Of a stretch of 64,000 nucleotides of DNA, positions 40,512 through 54,375 are shown in pieces. This DNA comes from Octopus vulgaris (taxonomy: Eukaryota), in the NCBI GenBank assembly GCA_951406725.2, contig OX597820.1:127038001-127102000 (forward strand). Reading direction: 5' to 3'. The notes under the pieces were generated by a model, which saw only the letters and a program-made list of their open reading frames with translations, had not been told where the DNA came from and ran no database searches. Made by a program: the position numbers and the translations under genes. Numbering within the stretch: position 1 is the first letter of the stretch; each line of letters starts with the position of its first letter.

Positions 40512-43500
40512 GTTGCAGATTTTGGCACATCGACCACAGTACTCAACTGGTACTTATTTTATCGACCCCGAAAGATATTATATTTATACATTAAACATAG
40601 ATTTCTGTTCGTTCGTTAGCATCGTACGAATTCCTGAAGTGAGAAGGTGGGAAAAGCAGGGTGTGTTGGACTAAGCAATTGCAATATTATATTTAGTTTG
40701 GTTCTGCTGGATTCTGGGTTCACATCTAGTTGTCGATATTTCATTTTCGACTCCTTCGCGGTCAGTACTTGAGTAATACTTTTGAATCAATACAAAATTA
40801 AGCCTTGATTTGTTTAAAATAAGAAACCAGTTAATTGTATTTCTGAACGGAATTGGTCCTAAGGCTTCATATTTGTAAGCTGATGTAAGTAGGACACAGG
40901 ATAATGGGATATTGTAATGATCCTGCCGCTCCAGAGGGATTAGCTGAGTGAAGTGAAAGGTTATAGCAGTTTGAAAATGGTAACTAGGCAGTGGATTCTA
41001 CTAGCCGCGGGAGCTGATTTAAATTAGTCCTTAAATAATCAGCACGTATGCGCGTAAAACACATGTTTAAGCTATTTATATTTGAAGAATGCCTACAATT
41101 TAGGAATGCCTTTGCCAACCCTATAAATATATATATAAAACGTGCACACATACGTATATGTGGGTCGGTAGATATGTGTAGGTGAGACTGTATGGAGGTA
41201 GGCGTGCATGATGCTGGAAGCTGAATTAAGAAAGAAAGAAAAGAAAAACTTTCAGCTTTCTTCTTTCTTTCACCTGTAGCCATCTCTTGCTTTCTACTCC
41301 CCCCGTCACTCTCTCATTATTTTTTTCTCTGTGTACTTATTTAATAACGTGAGTGTTTTGCTTGTTTTCGTTTCTATTCTCATTGTCTGGGAGTGTATTT
41401 ATATCATCTCGATGACAGAGGGAAATACTTAGGATGCTTTACACCATTCTTATTAGTTTAATGCAGTCTCTTTCGACACCGGTCTTACACCTACCTGAAC
41501 TCGTTTCCTGCTAGTATAAAGGTAATTACCTTGTATTGTTAACGATACAGATATTCCCCTCGAATGACGTCTACTTTGGACAGAACTTTGCTCCTTCCTT
41601 CATTTTGTTTAGTTGTGTTCTTCTTATATGTTCATGTTTAAATATGAAACTCACACAGGTATAGACGGAGGCCAAGTGCTTCAGGTGTGGACTTGGCCGT
41701 GACGGTTAAAATTAACACACACACGTCTCTGTTTTATAAATGAAATTCAAATGGTTTCAAAAAACATGTAAGCATTATATATCTTCTTTAATTTATCTCT
41801 ATGTGAAAAGAGAACGAAATCCTGCAAGTGTAGCATACATTTTGATATCGATGTATTTGTAGTATTTGATATTACAGATTCTGCATAGTTAACTTCGTCT
41901 TCTTCCATTGTTTGTAGTTGAAGCGAACACTAGCATTACTAGTGGGGGACGACGATTCCAGTGACCATCCCCTCGTTTTTAATCACCGATACACACGAGA
42001 TGGACCTGTCTAAATATTTTATGATACCTAAAAGGAATAGTTTTGTAATTTCAGAATCAAACGGTGTCTTGATCCAGTCCCCGAAGCTGTTTACTTGTAA
42101 CGTAACAGGTGAATACATTTCAAGTAAAACTGCATTGAATATATATTGTCTCCCCGCCGCCCCGTGTTATTAACAGGTGAATGCAGGTAAGGAAAAAAAA
42201 AACTGCATTGAATAGAAATACTCCACTCTGTTTTCTTATTTGTCGACAGGAAGACTATGTATTATTTCCTGTCGCTCTTCCAGGTACTTCATTCTATTCA
42301 ATATGAATACAGCAGCCCTGGACTGAGGGGAGAAAGCGTATAGAACCGGTCACGAATATGTAATGTATATATATTATATAGTAAATACATAGTTATATGG
42401 TTGTCATAAAGATGCCGAACATCGGTGGTCACCCACTTTACTAATTAACACTCGGGAGCTTTCTACCTGCTCTATACAACTTACTGAAGGATAAATAACC
42501 AAATTTGCTCCAAACCACACCATATGTCTCAAAAGAGAAAGACAGGACGTTCACGGCCGGAACATCTTTGATCATAGGTTTGCTTAAGCAGAATTGTCTT
42601 TTGGTTAAATAAACATCACCACGTTCACTAAAATAATTTATGATGTTGATCACCGAACTTATTGCTTTCGTTTCGATATTATCCGCTTCGCTATTTTGAG
42701 TAGATCGGGTTGTGTGGTGGTTTAGAAAAATTCCATCGGTGTAGGTCTTTCGATTCTCTCTTGAAGGAGATTCACGAATCTTTTATTAACAATACAACTG
42801 GGAAAATACATGCACGTCACAACCTCTTGTCCTTCTACTATCCTCTCCTCGATTAATATAATATAGTGTTTTAACAACCTTAACTGATGTACCTTTGTTT
42901 CAATATTTGTCCTTGTGAAAAGACTGTAAGCCACCACTTCACTTTTCCTTGCTCTGTCATTAAGCATATGAACAGAATCAATGTTTTGGTTCTAGTATAA
43001 GAAAATAGATACATTGTCTCTCTTATTGGTTTTGTGCAGTGTTTTATAATCTAGAAATTTAACATCTTTTCGACAAGTATGTTCTCTGATCACCATCGGG
43101 TGTTTCTTTACTGTTGGATGAATACAGCATCCTGCCCTGGACTCGAACTGAGATCGTTTTATTTCTGAATTGCGACAGTCAACATTATTATTATTATCCA
43201 CTTTGCTATTGATCCATGTGCAAACATACTCGGGAGCCAGGACGATCGAAACATTAACGTAAATATTAAAAAATTTGCTGTCTCGTGGCAGAGCGGGGTG
43301 GGACAAAATTTTAAAAGGGGAAAAAATGTTAATGTCTTAAGGAGTAGCCATCGACTTATTCTATCCAAAAGTTTTTTTTTACCCAATATTTACATGCTTT
43401 CATTTATAGCTTTATGTACTTCGAGATCCATTGTTCCAAAATAGTATTAGTTATACACAAAATAGTAATTTAAAAAATGGGATAAAATAGCAGCTTCTCC

Positions 43501-44376
43501 TTCAAGTTCTTGCCTTGCTCCAGGCACTGGTAACTCATGCTATTTGTTATACAGTCTGAAGATAAGGTCAATGGACCCTAAACTTATAATACTATTAATT
43601 CATCTCAGAACTGTAGACTCAAAACAAAATTATTTTGAATATCTTTTCGACTTGTACTGAAACAAATCTTATTTCTTTCAGATGTGCCCAAAACAAATAA
43701 TGTTTGTCCTTTCATTATTGTCACAGACTAAATTTATTTGGTCCAATTTTTTTTCTTCTCGAAAATTCCTTTGTTGATGCCAGGGTCTTACATAATGATT
43801 AGATGCTTGTCTCACACCCTGCAAGCTGTTTATTTAATGACTGTACGCATTTGTGTTATTCAATATATATTTGCATTGGTTTCATTTCCAGCAGACTGTT
43901 TATTTAATAACCGAGCTTCTTTGTCTATTGTTTTATTTCCTCTTTTTCATTTTCAAAGCATATTGTTGGTTACATGGGATGGGTGACATGTGGAAGGATT
44001 GCAAAGTGTGTGGAGGGGACGGCATATTTCTATTTTAGAAATATCTTCGTTCATTTCATGATCATCCATCGAATGTTAAGCCGTGAGAATTAACATTCAA
44101 GAAGTGTGTGTTGGGGGGGAGTGAGGATCTAATTCTGCAGGTGCAGTGTGAATACTTTATAATATTCTGATATGGCATAAGTTAAGAGTTTGTCAATTAC
44201 TTCCTTTGTCGGTTGAATGATTTTCCTCTCACCACATCGCTTTCTCTGTTAAGTAGAATGTTATTTGTATGTACGTTTGCGTTCTTGTTATAGATACAGG
44301 CAAGACTTCGGACGGGAGGAGGTCTTTCCTGTATGGCAAGATACACATTCATACATACTGAATGAATAATACTATT

Positions 44377-44590
44377 GGATCTTTTCGGTTTGAACGGCAG
44401 ATTTTAAAAATAATTTCCACGTAACTAAACACTTTTAAACTTCGTCGTATACTGGTAGAATGTGTTTATAAACATATTTTTCTCTTGGCTTTCTTGAGAA
44501 AATTCTGTAGTTTGTAAGCTATTTGTTGTTTAATTTCTTGTATTTCGGCAATTTCAACGAATCAATGACGTCTATTGAGGTGAATACAAT
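44377..44590. mobile_element. Merlin-like MITE, left half
   Basis: GGATCTTTTCGGTTTGAACGGCAG terminus and internal match. Confidence 0.8.
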
Positions 44591-44884
44591 ATCTCCGGAT
44601 CTTTGTCAATTGATTTCTAAAAGTAGTGACGTAGCGTGTTTCAACTATTGGGAAGTTGTCTTGATCGCAAAATTTACGAAGAAAATAAAGTAGTTATTAA
44701 AAAAGTGAATAGTATTACCCCATCCCAGAAAAAAAAAGAAAGAAAAAATCGCCATGAGATGCAACTTACGAAACTCGTAATCACTGTTTGGAGAGAATAT
44801 TTATCAGGAAAAGTTACGAACCGTTTAAAGAATTTTCGTCCCACACTCCCATCTGAAGAGAACACATTGGCTAACGTGATACCC

Positions 44885-45293
44885 GGATCTTTTCGATTTG
44901 AACAGCAGTTTTTAACATAATTTCTAGGTAACTAAAAAATTTTAAACTTCATATACTGGTAGAATGTGTTTATAAAACATCTTTTTCTCTTGGCTTTATT
45001 GAGAAAATTCTATAGTTTGTAAGATATTTGTTGTTTTTCTTCAATTTCTGCAATTTCAACCAATCAGTGATCTCTATTGAGGTAGAAAAACATTCTGCGC
45101 CGTATGGATATGTCCCTCGTTTAAGAAACAGATTGGGTTTATTTACATTTCTGAAGAAAAAAAGATACCCTTCCCCCTAACCCTAATCCTAAAACAGATT
45201 GAAATGCAATAGATCGATACTAGGGTTATAATTATGGGTGACAATTTCATATGACACTGCTAGAAAAAACTGCCGTTCAAACCGAAAAGATCC
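44885..45293. mobile_element. Merlin-like MITE
   Basis: Same TIRs, perfect 8-bp TSD tgataccc. Confidence 0.88.
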
Positions 45294-45311
45294 TGATACC
45301 CTTTCAATAAT

Positions 45312-45752
45312 TCATTCTTTTATTAGCCACCAGGGCTCACATAAGACAGCATTAAATGACATGCAACAGTATAAAAGACAAAAACAAGATGATACAATGG
45401 GTTTTACAGTGTGTAAACAATAAAAAACAAGTAAATTAAACAAATTAAAACTTCCAATAGTGTGGAGGCACTTTAAGGTCCTCGTGGAAAAACTCACAAA
45501 AGCCACGGGTGCCTAATCAACAGGGCAAGAACCCTATTTTTCACAAGTGTATGCTCAAAATTGGTCCTTTCACACTGGAATTAATAATAATAGTTCATTT
45601 ATTAGCCACAAGGGCTCACGTACAATAACATTAAAGAACATGCAACAACATAAGACAAAAACAGGACGATACAATGGGTTTTCCTCGTGTAAACAATATA
45701 GATGGGGAGGTGCTTTAAGGTGTACTCTCAGAGTTGGGCCTTTCACACTGGA
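45312..45752 (-). mobile_element. Two tandem short retroposon copies with LINE-like tail
   Basis: Both begin TTTATTAGCCAC.AGGGCTCAC on + and both stop at TTTCACACTGGAA. Confidence 0.55.
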
Positions 45753-45771
45753 AATACGACTAATAATAATA

Positions 45772-46110
45772 ATGGTTTCAAATTTTACCACAAGGGAAGC
45801 CATTTGATGGGAGGGGGTGAGTCGATTACATTGACCCCCCCCAGTGTTCAACTAGTACTTAATTTATTGACCCTGAAAGTCGACGTCGGCAGAATTTGAA
45901 CTGGGAACGTAGCGACGGGCGAAATATCGCTTAGCATTTAGCGTGCTGGACGAAATGCTTAGCAGAATTTTGACAGTCGCTATGTTCTGAGTTCAAATTC
46001 TGCCGAGGTCGATTTTTGCCTTTCATCCTTTCAGGGTCGATAAATTATCAGTTGATGTAAACGATACATCGCCTCCTCCAAAATGGCTGTCCTTGTTGCA
46101 AAGTTTGAAA
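45772..46110. mobile_element. Head-to-head inverted family B SINE pair
   Basis: Minus copy to ~45940 directly followed by plus copy. Confidence 0.8.
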
Positions 46111-49100
46111 CTATTATCATTAAAAGGGTTTGCTGGACCATGTTGGCCAATGTGTTCCCTTCAGCTGGGCGGGGTGGAGTTGGGGGACGATATTCTGCGT
46201 TTGAGATTTTAAATTTGCTTAAAAATCACGTAACGAAATAAGGAAGAAGTTTAATGCTTCAGATTTTGACTCTTCATTGAGTTTAATTTTCGTGGATGCA
46301 AAGCAGCTATTTTTGGTGTTAATTTGAAAATGGACAAAAATTCCAGCAGAATCCACACTTGACATCACTTACAAAAATTGCTTTTTTCTTTTTTTAAAGA
46401 ATTAATCTCATATGAAGGAATTTGAAATTATTTATTCTAGCAGTTTTACTTACTCCAGTCTAATTCCTCAGTTTTTCACAACAATTAAATATCGGTTGTG
46501 ATGTCACGTCATCATTTTAACATCAGGAATTTGTTAAGGCAGATTTTCTTTGGTCAGATGCCCGTCTTGTTGCCAACCCTCACCTGTTTCTCAGCAAAGT
46601 AATAAATATTTCCCTATGGCCAAACACGTTTTTCATTGCTTGTATGATGGTGATACGTATAAATCGTGACATGGTGTCCAAGACAAAATAATACGAACAT
46701 GCTCGCATGTACACAGCGGGCTTCTTTCAATTTTCGTATAAAGTTTTGATCGGCCCAGGACTATAATAAAAGTTACTTTGTGCCACGCAGTGGGACTCGG
46801 CCCGAGACCACATGGTTGGGAAGCAAAGCAAGCTTTTTGACTACAGTCATGTCCATGCCAATGAGCTACATATTAAAACAAAAAGTATATATATGTATAT
46901 ATATATATATATATATATAGTGCTAATTCTGTTTATTTCATATGAAAGCTTTGTAAACAAGTGGTTACTTTTTTTCTTGTTTTTTATAATCATTACTTTT
47001 TAAAATCTCAGCTGTATTTTATATGGAAGGGTGGACAATAATTCAAAGGAAGCAGACTGCCTACAAAGACGCTATCGTATGTTTATTTTGGACACAAAAC
47101 CGTCTGGTTATCATTTTCCGTCCTATTTTTCACTTTCTCTGTTTCTGTTCACTAATTCATCATGTACACGTATAATTTGGTTGGAATTTCAACCAGCACT
47201 CCTCATCTAATTTACCAAGGTCGCTCAGTCACCAACACCCTTCTCCACTTCTCCAAATATGCACAATCTCACACCTCAACATTTCTTTCAATACAGCTAA
47301 CTGCCCTTCAGTCTTGTTCTAAGCTCATCTACCACCACCACCACCTTCCTACCACATTCTTTCAGTTGTCTCTAAGAAAACAACACACATACACACATCT
47401 TCATTTATCTGGTTTCTATTCTTCCGTTCTTGTTGCTTAGCCTCAAGCAAACCACCAAGAAAACTATGATCAAAAGAATTCCAACTATGACCATCTCGCC
47501 TTGTTTTCTACAGATTGGTGATAAGACTAAACTCCTTTAACTTGTCTTTCTATAGTTTTTTTTTTTTCTTTTTGGGATCTGTTTGCTATTCTCAGCAAGT
47601 CAAGCGATTGCATAGATGCTCCCATCTTTGCCGTCTCGTTTCCTCAAACCTAACGAAATGGTGAATAAATTACTCAAGGAAGAATAAGATAAACTTCCAG
47701 GATTGTTCATTTCATATTTACCAAATCTTAGATCTGCATTTCATTTCCGTCTGTTTGAATTCCATGTTGATGTGTAAATGGTCGAACTGGATTCGAAACA
47801 GAAACATTTGTTTTCTAGAATAACAGTTAAGATCAATCTTATCCCTTAACACATTAAAATTCTTTGAAACATACTATAGATTTGAGTTAAGTCCTCAGTC
47901 ACTCTAAAGATGCTGTTAGTAGCTTGGAAAATTATCTCAGACAAGTAAACTTTTACGTCTTTGAATGAAGTTAATAAACGCGTAACGGCAACATTGATAA
48001 TTGTTATTATATAACAGATATGATGTGTGTATGTGTGATATTGCGTTTATATGTGTTTGTGATTATCTCAGTTTTTGTATATGTGTGCTTACCTGTGTGT
48101 GTTTGGGTGCTTGCACACTTTCTCTAGTTTGAATATACATTATCTGTATTTTGCAGATGTACGTGTCTGTTATATATATATATATACACATATATATAAT
48201 CTCGTTTCTACAAGAGAAGGGTCGTTTACATTTATCTCGACTGTACAGAAATAAAATAGTCTGTTTTGTTTATTTTAAATTAACCTTAAGTGTCAGCTAC
48301 TGTTTCTGGGACACCAATTTATTTCCTCTCCTGGCCAACTTGTTCAACTGGCTTCGCAGTTACTTTTAATATATTTATGTTGTGTAAACTCTCTTCACTT
48401 TTTATTTTATTTTTTACATTAACCCTTTTCCGAGTTGGGTTAAGTTGCTTATCTTCAGTAAATAGTGATATTCTCTTGCGTGAGTGTTGTACATTTTATG
48501 AGTAATATGTTTGGAGGGAAAAGAAATCTATGCATATTTTTAACTGTCTGCATCTGGTTCTTTCTTGTCCCTCCAAATAATTTACTGACATTAGGATCTT
48601 TGCATTTAGCTGAGGCTGACATAATGTAGTGACCCCCCCCCCCCCCCGATATTTGCATTCTAGTAATCAGTGTCTAAAGCCCATTAAACTTTTATTTAGA
48701 TTGCTGGTAGACCGTATTGCTCTATCTACCCAGTGATGTGGGTTTGTGTACATTCAAAAGGTCCACTGGATCCCAGAGAAGCACAAAGTCCTCCTGCTTC
48801 TTTGCCCCTTTTATCCCTTTCCATACCTACCTGCCTTAGAATGTCTGGTTTTACGACTTACTGTTTTAGAGTGATTCAAATTTAAATTTTCAATCAAAAT
48901 TCTTTGTTAATTTATGTTCTAAAAAACACCAGCTTAATAGCAAAAAGAATATTTTACTAAATTCTTTATTATTTTCGAAATCCATTGAAGCAAAGGCAAT
49001 ATGTCTCAACAGAAATATGGTAATGAAAGGATATATTTACAATTTGTTAGTTTGCATTTATTCAATTTGAAGCAGGTGGCTGGTATATACTTATACAATG

Positions 49101-51299
49101 CACGTGAAGGATCACTATCTTTATTTATCTAATTTACTTTAGTTATTCTCTTGCAGGCTTAAAGGAAATGGGAATTCTAGACCTTATTTGTAAATAAGTT
49201 GTCAAATATTGTGATGTTGGTAAATGGATTTGCACTGGTCTTTGAGGTTCTCCTTTCCTTTTTGATATTTAATCCTTAAGGTTTTCACAGCTGTTCTTAT
49301 TTATCTCCTTACAGTGTCTGTTTTAGTGCTTATATAGAAAAATTAATGGAGTAAGCTTCTTTTTCCTTTAATTCTTATTCTTCCTTTATAAATTCTTTTA
49401 TTTGTTTCAGTCATTTGACTGCAGCCTTTAGTCAAACAAATCGACCCCAGGACTAATTCTTTGTAAGACTAGTACTTATTCTATCAGTCTTTTTTACCGA
49501 ACTGCTAAGTTACGGTGATGTAAACACACCAACATCGGTTGTCAAGCGATGGTGGGGGACACACATACAGACTCACACACATAAATATATACATATATAC
49601 GACGGGCTTCTTTCAGTTTCTGTCTACCAGATCCACTCGCAAGTCTTTGGTCAGCCCAAGGTGCCATGCACTGGGACTGAACCTGGAACCATGTAGTTGA
49701 GAAGCAAGCTTTCAACACAGCCACATATTATATATTTCTTTTTTCTTGTTTTAGTATGCATCTATGCTAGGAAAGGGGCCCTACTTTGAAAGGTTTAGTC
49801 AATCACATCAACCCTACTTATTTATTTGTTTTTAGCAAAGCTGGTACTTATTCTTTTGGTCCCTTTTTACCAAACTTCTCATTTAGGGGAGACCCAAACA
49901 AACCATCGTTGTTTGTCAAACAGTGGTCACACACATGCAACCTCATCTACAGTTTCTTTCTTCAAAAGTCATTCTCGGGGAATTGATCAGCTGAGCGCTG
50001 TAGTAGAAGGCATTTGCCAAAAGTGATGTGCAGTAGGATTGAACCTGACATCACATGGTTGTGAAGTGAACTTCTTACCCACTCAATCATTACCTGCAGT
50101 AGAACAGCTTTAAGTTTCAGTACCAACATAACCTGTGTTTAAAATACAAATTGCTAATTGGTGAATATTAATATTTTTAGATTCAGCAATTGATAATTTA
50201 GTCACCCCTTCCCCACCTCAATCTCGAAAAATAATAAAATAAAACCTTTTAATTATTTGGGTTCATAAAAAGTTACCTTGTAGCTTTCAATTTACATTTT
50301 TTTTTTAAACCAAGACTTTAATGTTGCTTCCAAATTTTTTTTTCCTTTTCCCAATAAACACTTTACGCATTTTCAAATCATGTGAAACATTTAAAAAATG
50401 TTCTACAAGTGTTTATAGTTAAAGAATACGTTAAAAAAAAATGAAAGCAATTCAATTTGGAATTGAAGACTTTTTGAGAGTAGTTAAAATCAATTTATAA
50501 AATGCTGGTTTGGTTTAATAATTTTGTAGTAAAACAACAAAAGGGGGTGGAGGTGGGGAGAGAATTCTAATGGAGCAGAAATTTTGTTTGTTCATGATAT
50601 TGGTTTTTGCTTCAGTTGGAATCAAGTCATCTATTATTTTTATTTTGGAAGGGAATTGAATGAACACCGACTTAAGGAATATAGAAAGCTTGTCCTTATA
50701 CTCAGCCTGTAGAGACCAAACTGTTCTTTTGACTATTCCCCTTCTCTACATGCATCCCATACCGATTTTATTCATGTCCCATGCTGGTATGGGTTCAAGT
50801 ACTGCATGCTCCAGTGTCTATTTTGTATGAGCTTTTTATGGTTGGATGCATTTCCTAATGCTAATTACTACATTGCTATCTGTACTGGATGCCTTTTTCA
50901 TGCCACCAGCACTGGTGGGGTTACTTGCAAGACCATGAACTTGGAGGAGTCAGCAGCTTTAAGCTAGAAAGGGACAAAGAGTGAAAATATGTGGTAATAG
51001 GCTCAAAGCAGAAAAGATTTCTTGCTGCAGAGGAGTTATGTGATTTCTTACATTTTAGAAGAGAGAGCGGAAGTGATGGAGTGGAGCTGGAAAGCAATAG
51101 AAATAGTGATGGAGCATTAACTCCACTCTTTGTTTAATGTAGTCTCAGAAAATATCCGACAAGAAGAGACGGTCTGAACTAGATCATACTTTTGCTCAGA
51201 AGGGAACTAAGTGACGAGTTTCTTGCAATTAATCATTAATATTGCATATATCAGCAATATTGAAAGCTAAAGCTTTGTTGCTTATTTTTGCTTGTTTAA

Positions 51300-51515
51300 C
51301 CCTTTAGAATTCAGGTTTCTCTGCCAAAAGTAAAGCTTATATATTCCCAGTTGTGAATTGATCATACATTATCTCATAGCTTTGGGATTTCATTGATATG
51401 ATTGTATATTTTAAAAATGATGTTGGATAAGTATGAGGGACCAGATCTGATTGGTTTGAACTGAAAACAAGGAGAATATTTGGGTTGATTATGGCCGGTT
51501 TACATGCTAAAAGTT
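51300..51515. mobile_element. piggyBac-like MITE (related copies about 63335-63560; similar TTAA|CCC start at 58570)
   Basis: TTAA|CCCTTTAG start; ATGCTAAAGGGTTA end in the 63 kb copy. Confidence 0.5.
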
Positions 51516-53869
51516 CAAATCAAAGAAAGTCTTTTAGTACATTTCTAAAGAAATATGCTTTTTTTTTTTGTTTTAATTAATTTTCAAAATAATCAAGAAT
51601 TTAATAAATAATTTTATCGTTATTAAGCCAGTGTTTGGAACAAATTAACATAAAATGTCATAAAATCAGAGGAGAAGGTCTTAGTTGGATTAGTATCAAA
51701 ATTAGTGTGACTGGTGAAGTTTTAGTTTGCCATTGTATGAGAAGTCAATGTATGAAGTTAAAAGTTTCCTGTGCTAGTAATGAATACAATGAGAGAAAGG
51801 AAGATTTTGCCGATTTAATAGTTTTTGTTAGTGGTTCTATTTTGAAATGATTGTTGCTTTATTGGATGTTGTTGTTAAGCCAAGATCTCTTGCTTGAAAC
51901 TGAACACATTTGCACACTCGAATAACCGGATTTATTTACACTGGCTAAAGTATCTTGTCTCTTTCTCACAATGTTATGCCACTTAAACGAAACCTGTGTA
52001 GTTTTATTAAAAGCATTTCTTTGAGAAACTATAAAGATGATTTTTCTCAAAGAGTTATGTTCAGTGAAAAGAGACGATGTGCTAGAATTTTATCATATTT
52101 TGTCAAGACAAAAATTTTCTTTTCTATTTGTGTGAACTAGGATAGCCAAGTCGATCTTATAATGGTTATGGCGCAGGCATGGTTGTGTGGTTAAGAAGTT
52201 TGCTTCTCAGCCACTTGGTTTCAGGTTCAGTTCCACTGCGTAGTCCTTTGGGTATATCTCTTCTATTTTAATCCCAAACTGACCAAAGCCTGGTGAGTAG
52301 ATCTCTTAGACAAAAAGAAACCTGATGTGTTTGTGTCAATATTTTTTCTACTCGTTTGATTTAGCACAATTTCTACAAACGGGTTTCATATCATGTCATT
52401 ACAAATGGTGTCATTTGTTTCTAGTATTTCGTGAACATATCTGGCCAAGGGGCTATATTACCTTATTTGGACGCTGGGATTTGAGTTGGATGACAGGACA
52501 GGCATCAATTTGTAGCAAAATTTGCTTCAGTGAATTCCGTTTGACCCTTATGCAAGCATGGAAGAATGTGTTAAAATGATATCTCTTTCTGGATAGATGT
52601 TTTAAAGAATTTGGGTTTTCATAGGATTGAGGTTACATTTAATTCCACCAATGTCCAAAGTATATAATAATATTTAGTAATAGGTGTATTGTGGTTTTAT
52701 TTTCATTAGAAAATGTTTTGTGTTTCTGTTAGCTGTCTAAAAAGACAATGCTTACTCTTTTGTTTCACTCAGTGAACTTTGACCCCGATGAGGTATCTCC
52801 TAGGGTTTTAGTCCAACAAATAGACCCTTATACTTATACCATCCTCTCTTTTTGCCAAACTACTAAGTTATGGGGACATAAACAATCGGTATTGATGAAA
52901 GCAAACATATACGTATACATACACACGTACATACAACTCTTCCTTCCTCTGTTTTCACCTACCAAATCCACTCGCAGAGCTTTGGTCGGTCTGGAGCTAT
53001 AGTGAAATACACTTGCCCAAGGATCACATAGTGGGATTGAACTTGAGACCACGTCGTTGTTGTGAGGCTTAGCATATTCGTAAAAAAAACTTTTGTTTTC
53101 ATCTTTACTTAGGAGTGAAATCATCAACCATGCTGATTAAGCACTGAAAGTTGGTCCGTTCATGGATCTCTTTCAACATACACGTCTACCCATTTTGTCT
53201 GTCTTTTTCTGTTTCACCCTTTGATTTTCTTTACATCATTTACTAGAATCTGGTCTGTCTCTAAGTAGATCTACAGGTTAAACGACAAGCAACAGGAGTT
53301 GCTCCTCCAGCACGGAAGGTTTTAGAATTAAAGAGGCTATAACAAACATATCAGCAAACAGCTTCCACTATCTCTTGCTTAGAATTTTAAGTTCAGGCAG
53401 TATATCTGTCTATAAGATTGCATAAACTACAAAATATTATTAGAGGTGCTTATTTTATCGACTTCACGGATGAATGATGTCACATCAAACTTGACTGGAT
53501 TTCAACATTGTAGTTGGGCGACCTGCCAATTTTGTTAATTCACCCATATCATTTACCTTAATTAATCAATATAGTTATTCATCCATCCTCTACAAGCAAA
53601 TTAATTATATATTTAAGGGTTCATAAATCGTTTATTATATATATATATATAATAAAGATGATTGCTTATATTCATTTATATTGCCATGTATATATACATA
53701 TATTATAAATATATAATGCCATAATACAATTATATTTGTATTTTACATCAGATTATTCAAATACAATCCTGTGGAAGAATTGTGTTTGTTTTCCCTAGTC
53801 TAAGATATGAAAGACAATGATCGTGGTATCCATTGTAGCTCATTTTCCTTAACGTTCTTGAAAGTAATA

Positions 53870-54375
53870 CGAACTGCGTTCAAAAAGTATCCAACCTTTG
53901 GACATAGGGAGCTCCACCATCGTTTTCTCATAATTTCTTCTCACAACTTAAATCACTTCCCTTTTTGCATGGTTTTCAGTTTGGGGGAAGAGCCAGAAGT
54001 CACATGGTGCCAAGTCGGGAGAGTAGGGAACCGGTCGAACAATTGATGTGATGTTCTTGACCAGGAAAGCTTGGATTATGTTGGCGCATAATCGTAATGA
54101 AGTTGTCAATTCTTTGTTGCCCACATATCCGGCTGCTTTCGACAAACAACATCATGAAGGTGACATATAACCTCTAGGTCGTATTTCCTATTGATTGTTT
54201 GGTCTTGTGGTGCGTCTTCATAATGCACAATACCACCGGAGTCAAAGTAACAGATCGACTTTACCTTCACATTGCTGCAAACCTGTTGTGCTTTTTGCGT
54301 CGTTGGTGATGTCGCATGTTTACATGTCTCATCACTAGTGATGATGATCTTCAGGAAGCCTGGGTCATATTAAAA
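53870..54375 (-). pseudogene. Decayed mariner transposase
   Basis: PYSPDLAPCDFWLFP motif in ORF 53948-54145, IITSDET motif near 54322-54345, TA|CGAACTGCGTTCAAAAAGTATCC TIR-like end. Confidence 0.85.
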
